DNA of 7,714 bases from Fonticula alba ATCC 38817 (taxonomy: Eukaryota; Protista; Nucleariida): the NCBI GenBank assembly GCA_000388065.2, contig KB932202.1; one strand, 5' to 3'. How positions within the stretch are numbered: the stretch's first letter is position 1; each line of letters starts with the position of its first letter. The notes below the pieces were generated by a model, which was not told the DNA's origin, searched no databases, and saw only the letters and a program-made list of their open reading frames with translations. The position numbers and the translations under genes were made by a program. Below, one piece after another: positions 5,533-7,714 of this stretch.

Positions 5533-6505
5533 ACGGGGCCGGTGCCCACACGAGTGCGAGCGAACGACACAGAAAGCGCCCCTCGTCCGGCCCATGACAC
5601 ACAAACATCCCCAGCCCGGAGGAACATAAATGGAGGCCGGGCCACCCGACGGCCGTTTACATGCCGATGACTGTGCTCTCCATTGTCACAGCCCCGCGTC
5701 CCCCCCCCCCCCCCCCGGCCCTCCCTGCTTCGGGGCTCTGTGCCCGGGGCGGTTCCGGGCCGGCGGATGCACCGAGCACCGGGGGGTTGAACGCCAGTCA
5801 TTTGACCCCGGCCGGTCGGAGGTGCCCCCCACCCTGGGGCGGAGGACCGGCATCCTGCCAGCGGCAAACATCGTATACCAGCGCCCTGCACGGGGGCGCC
5901 TTTGTCAGCGGGGGTGTGCCCGCTGGGAAAACGCCAAGCACGCCGGTGACCCCGACTTTGGGGGGATATTTTCCTTCCGCCCATCCCACCCCCAGCTCGG
6001 GGCCGGACCGGGGGAAAAGAAGCACCAGTTGACCTGCCACCGCTTCTGGGCCACTGCGGAGGGGCATACGCGCAGGCACGCATGCCCGCCGCCCGGCGAC
6101 GCCCAGGACCGAGAACTCCTCCAGGGCGAGGCCTCGGCACCGCCGAGACACGCGCACGCACAGGGGAGGGGGGGGGAGGGGGGCGTTGACCTGGCGAGGT
6201 GAGCAACCCCCCCCCCCCCCGCGTTCGGGCCACGAGCGCCGGCGGAGAAGGCTGCACAGACACACGGCCACAAACCCCGCCCGAGAGGCGGGGCACCGCG
6301 CAGGGAGATGATACCCGGGGTAGCCGCGCCCCCACACAGGAGAACGCCCCTTCCCATTGGCAACGCCCCGGCGCGCGGGGGGAGACCGGCGTAGGGCGGG
6401 GGGGGCAGCATGCCACGCGGCCCGCGGTGGACGCCGGGGGAGGTCAATGCGAGCACCGGCACACTGTCCCGAGGCCCGGCGAAGGCCACCCGGGGGCCGG
6501 CTCGG

Positions 6506-6530
6506 CCGGGCCGGGCCGGGCCGGGCCGGG
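6506..6530. repeat. (CCGGG)5 pentanucleotide tandem repeat
   Basis: Five perfect units with degenerate flanking copies. Confidence 0.9.
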
Positions 6531-6936
6531 CGGGGCAGAGTGAAGAGCAGCAGGGCCACGCGCGGCTGCGCCGACCGACCGCGCAATCGGGCCCTTCTCC
6601 AGCCAGCCTGGCCAATGCACCTCGGCCCCGAAAGAAATGCCGAAAGCCAAAAGCGACGCCCGGGCCGCCCCGCAGGTTCCTCCCGACGCCCTGGCCCAGG
6701 CCGCGCGCTTCGCACCAAAAGGCGGCCCAGGCTCGACCGAGCCCCATCCATCCCCCGTGGCAGGCCCCCCCCCCGCCCCCCGCCCCCACTCCGCATGGCG
6801 CCCAGGCGCGATTTTCCCTCCGCTCCCAGGCCGCAATTCTCCTCCAAAAAGCGTACCCCGACCAAGCAGGAGTGGATTCAGACATCAGCCCCCGCGCCCG
6901 CTCCACCTAGTGGCACGAGGACGCGCGCGGCACCCG

Positions 6937-6956
6937 CACACACACACACACACACA
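6937..6956. repeat. (CA)10 microsatellite
   Basis: Direct reading. Confidence 0.9.
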
Positions 6957-7447
6957 CTCACAAACACGCACATGCCCAAGTGTGCCCCCGACCGACGCCA
7001 AACAAACGGAGAAGCATCGGCGGAGCCCCGCCCTCCCCCCCGGCCCCTCACCAGGCCCAGAGCCGGCGGCCTCAAAGGGGGGCGGGGCTCGGGGGACCGC
7101 CATCACTCCCGGCTTCGATCGGATCCCCTTCTCTCCCCCCTGTGCGTCGGGCTGGCCGTCACTCCAAACCGCAGGGCGCGTCGTGCTTCGATGGTGGCAC
7201 GCACGACCGCCGGCGCGCCCGCGGAGCCGGGGCCTCGGCCGAGCACCTGACCCTGGTGGACCGGCCGCCCCCCCCCCCCCCTCACCGGCCCGGAACACCA
7301 AGACGCTTCTTTTGACCCTTGCCACGCCCGAGCCCGGAACAGTGTGCCCAGGCCCGGGGATCCGGCCCCTCGAGTCGGCCCCACCCCCGCGACGCTGGGG
7401 GCGAAGGCCGGCATTCGTTGGACGGGAAACACCCAACGGGGCCCCCG

Positions 7448-7462
7448 CCCGCCCGCCCGCCC
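7448..7462 (-). other. Canonical G-quadruplex motif GGGCGGGCGGGCGGG (tandem GC boxes)
   Basis: CCCGCCCGCCCGCCC on +, giving four G3 runs with 1-nt loops on -. Confidence 0.6.
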
Positions 7463-7714
7463 GGGAGAACGCCTCCCTGGTCTCCGGAGCCCCGGCCTCT
7501 TCCTGGGGCGTGGCAGTGCAGCCCTTCAGCGCACCCTCCCCCACCACCCCCTTGGGAGGCGGTGCTCTGAAACCGCCTGTTCGTGGAGAAGGGCCGACCG
7601 GAGTGCCGGCGTGCGCCCCCCCCCCCCCCCCCTGCCCCCCACGGGCGGGGCGTTCTTCGCCGCTCGTATCAGGCAACCGCCAGCCCTTTGTCCGGCGGGG
7701 AGGGAACACACAGA

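Noticed and set aside
7406-7438. GGCCGGCAT, identical to the start of the HDV genomic ribozyme, followed by a hairpin
   Set aside because: There is no correctly placed P1 partner, P3/L3 or nested pseudoknot.
5265-7709. Many overlapping Pro/Gly/Arg/Ala-rich ORFs in all six frames
   Set aside because: They result from extreme GC content and homopolymers, and have no domain signatures.
6637-7714. Unlisted + frame open from ATG 6637 (MPKAKSDARAAPQ...) to the window end
   Set aside because: There are only four stop triplets on + after 6543 in all frames combined, so one open frame is expected by chance. It crosses (CA)10 and several C runs.

Overview
GC-rich, microsatellite-rich eukaryotic DNA from a gapped draft assembly. 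The anticodons AAC and AAT (inosine-34 type), the absence of encoded CCA and the oligo-T terminators all point to a eukaryote. The style recalls GC-rich protists such as Fonticula, but that is only a guess. Positions 135-1759 hold four intronless tRNA genes: Lys-CTT (+), Val-AAC (-), Gln-CTG (+) and Ile-AAT (+). The only convincing protein gene is 3233-3970 (-), 245 aa, with strong GC3 bias. It encodes a class I SAM-dependent methyltransferase with the acidic motifs of cation-dependent O-methyltransferases behind a hydrophobic N-terminal leader. Its stop codon overlaps a consensus splice donor. A 698-nt N gap (4006-4703) hides its upstream region. Positions 4704-7714 are extremely GC-rich with C homopolymers, (CA)n, (CCGGG)5 and G-quadruplex motifs, and contain only weak exon candidates. 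Almost all other ORFs in the track are shadow or low-complexity artefacts. No mobile element, CRISPR array, rRNA or snRNA could be supported. No clearly novel multi-gene system is demonstrable. The best leads are the membrane-anchored methyltransferase, its stop-or-splice 3' end, and the structure of the tRNA cluster spacers.
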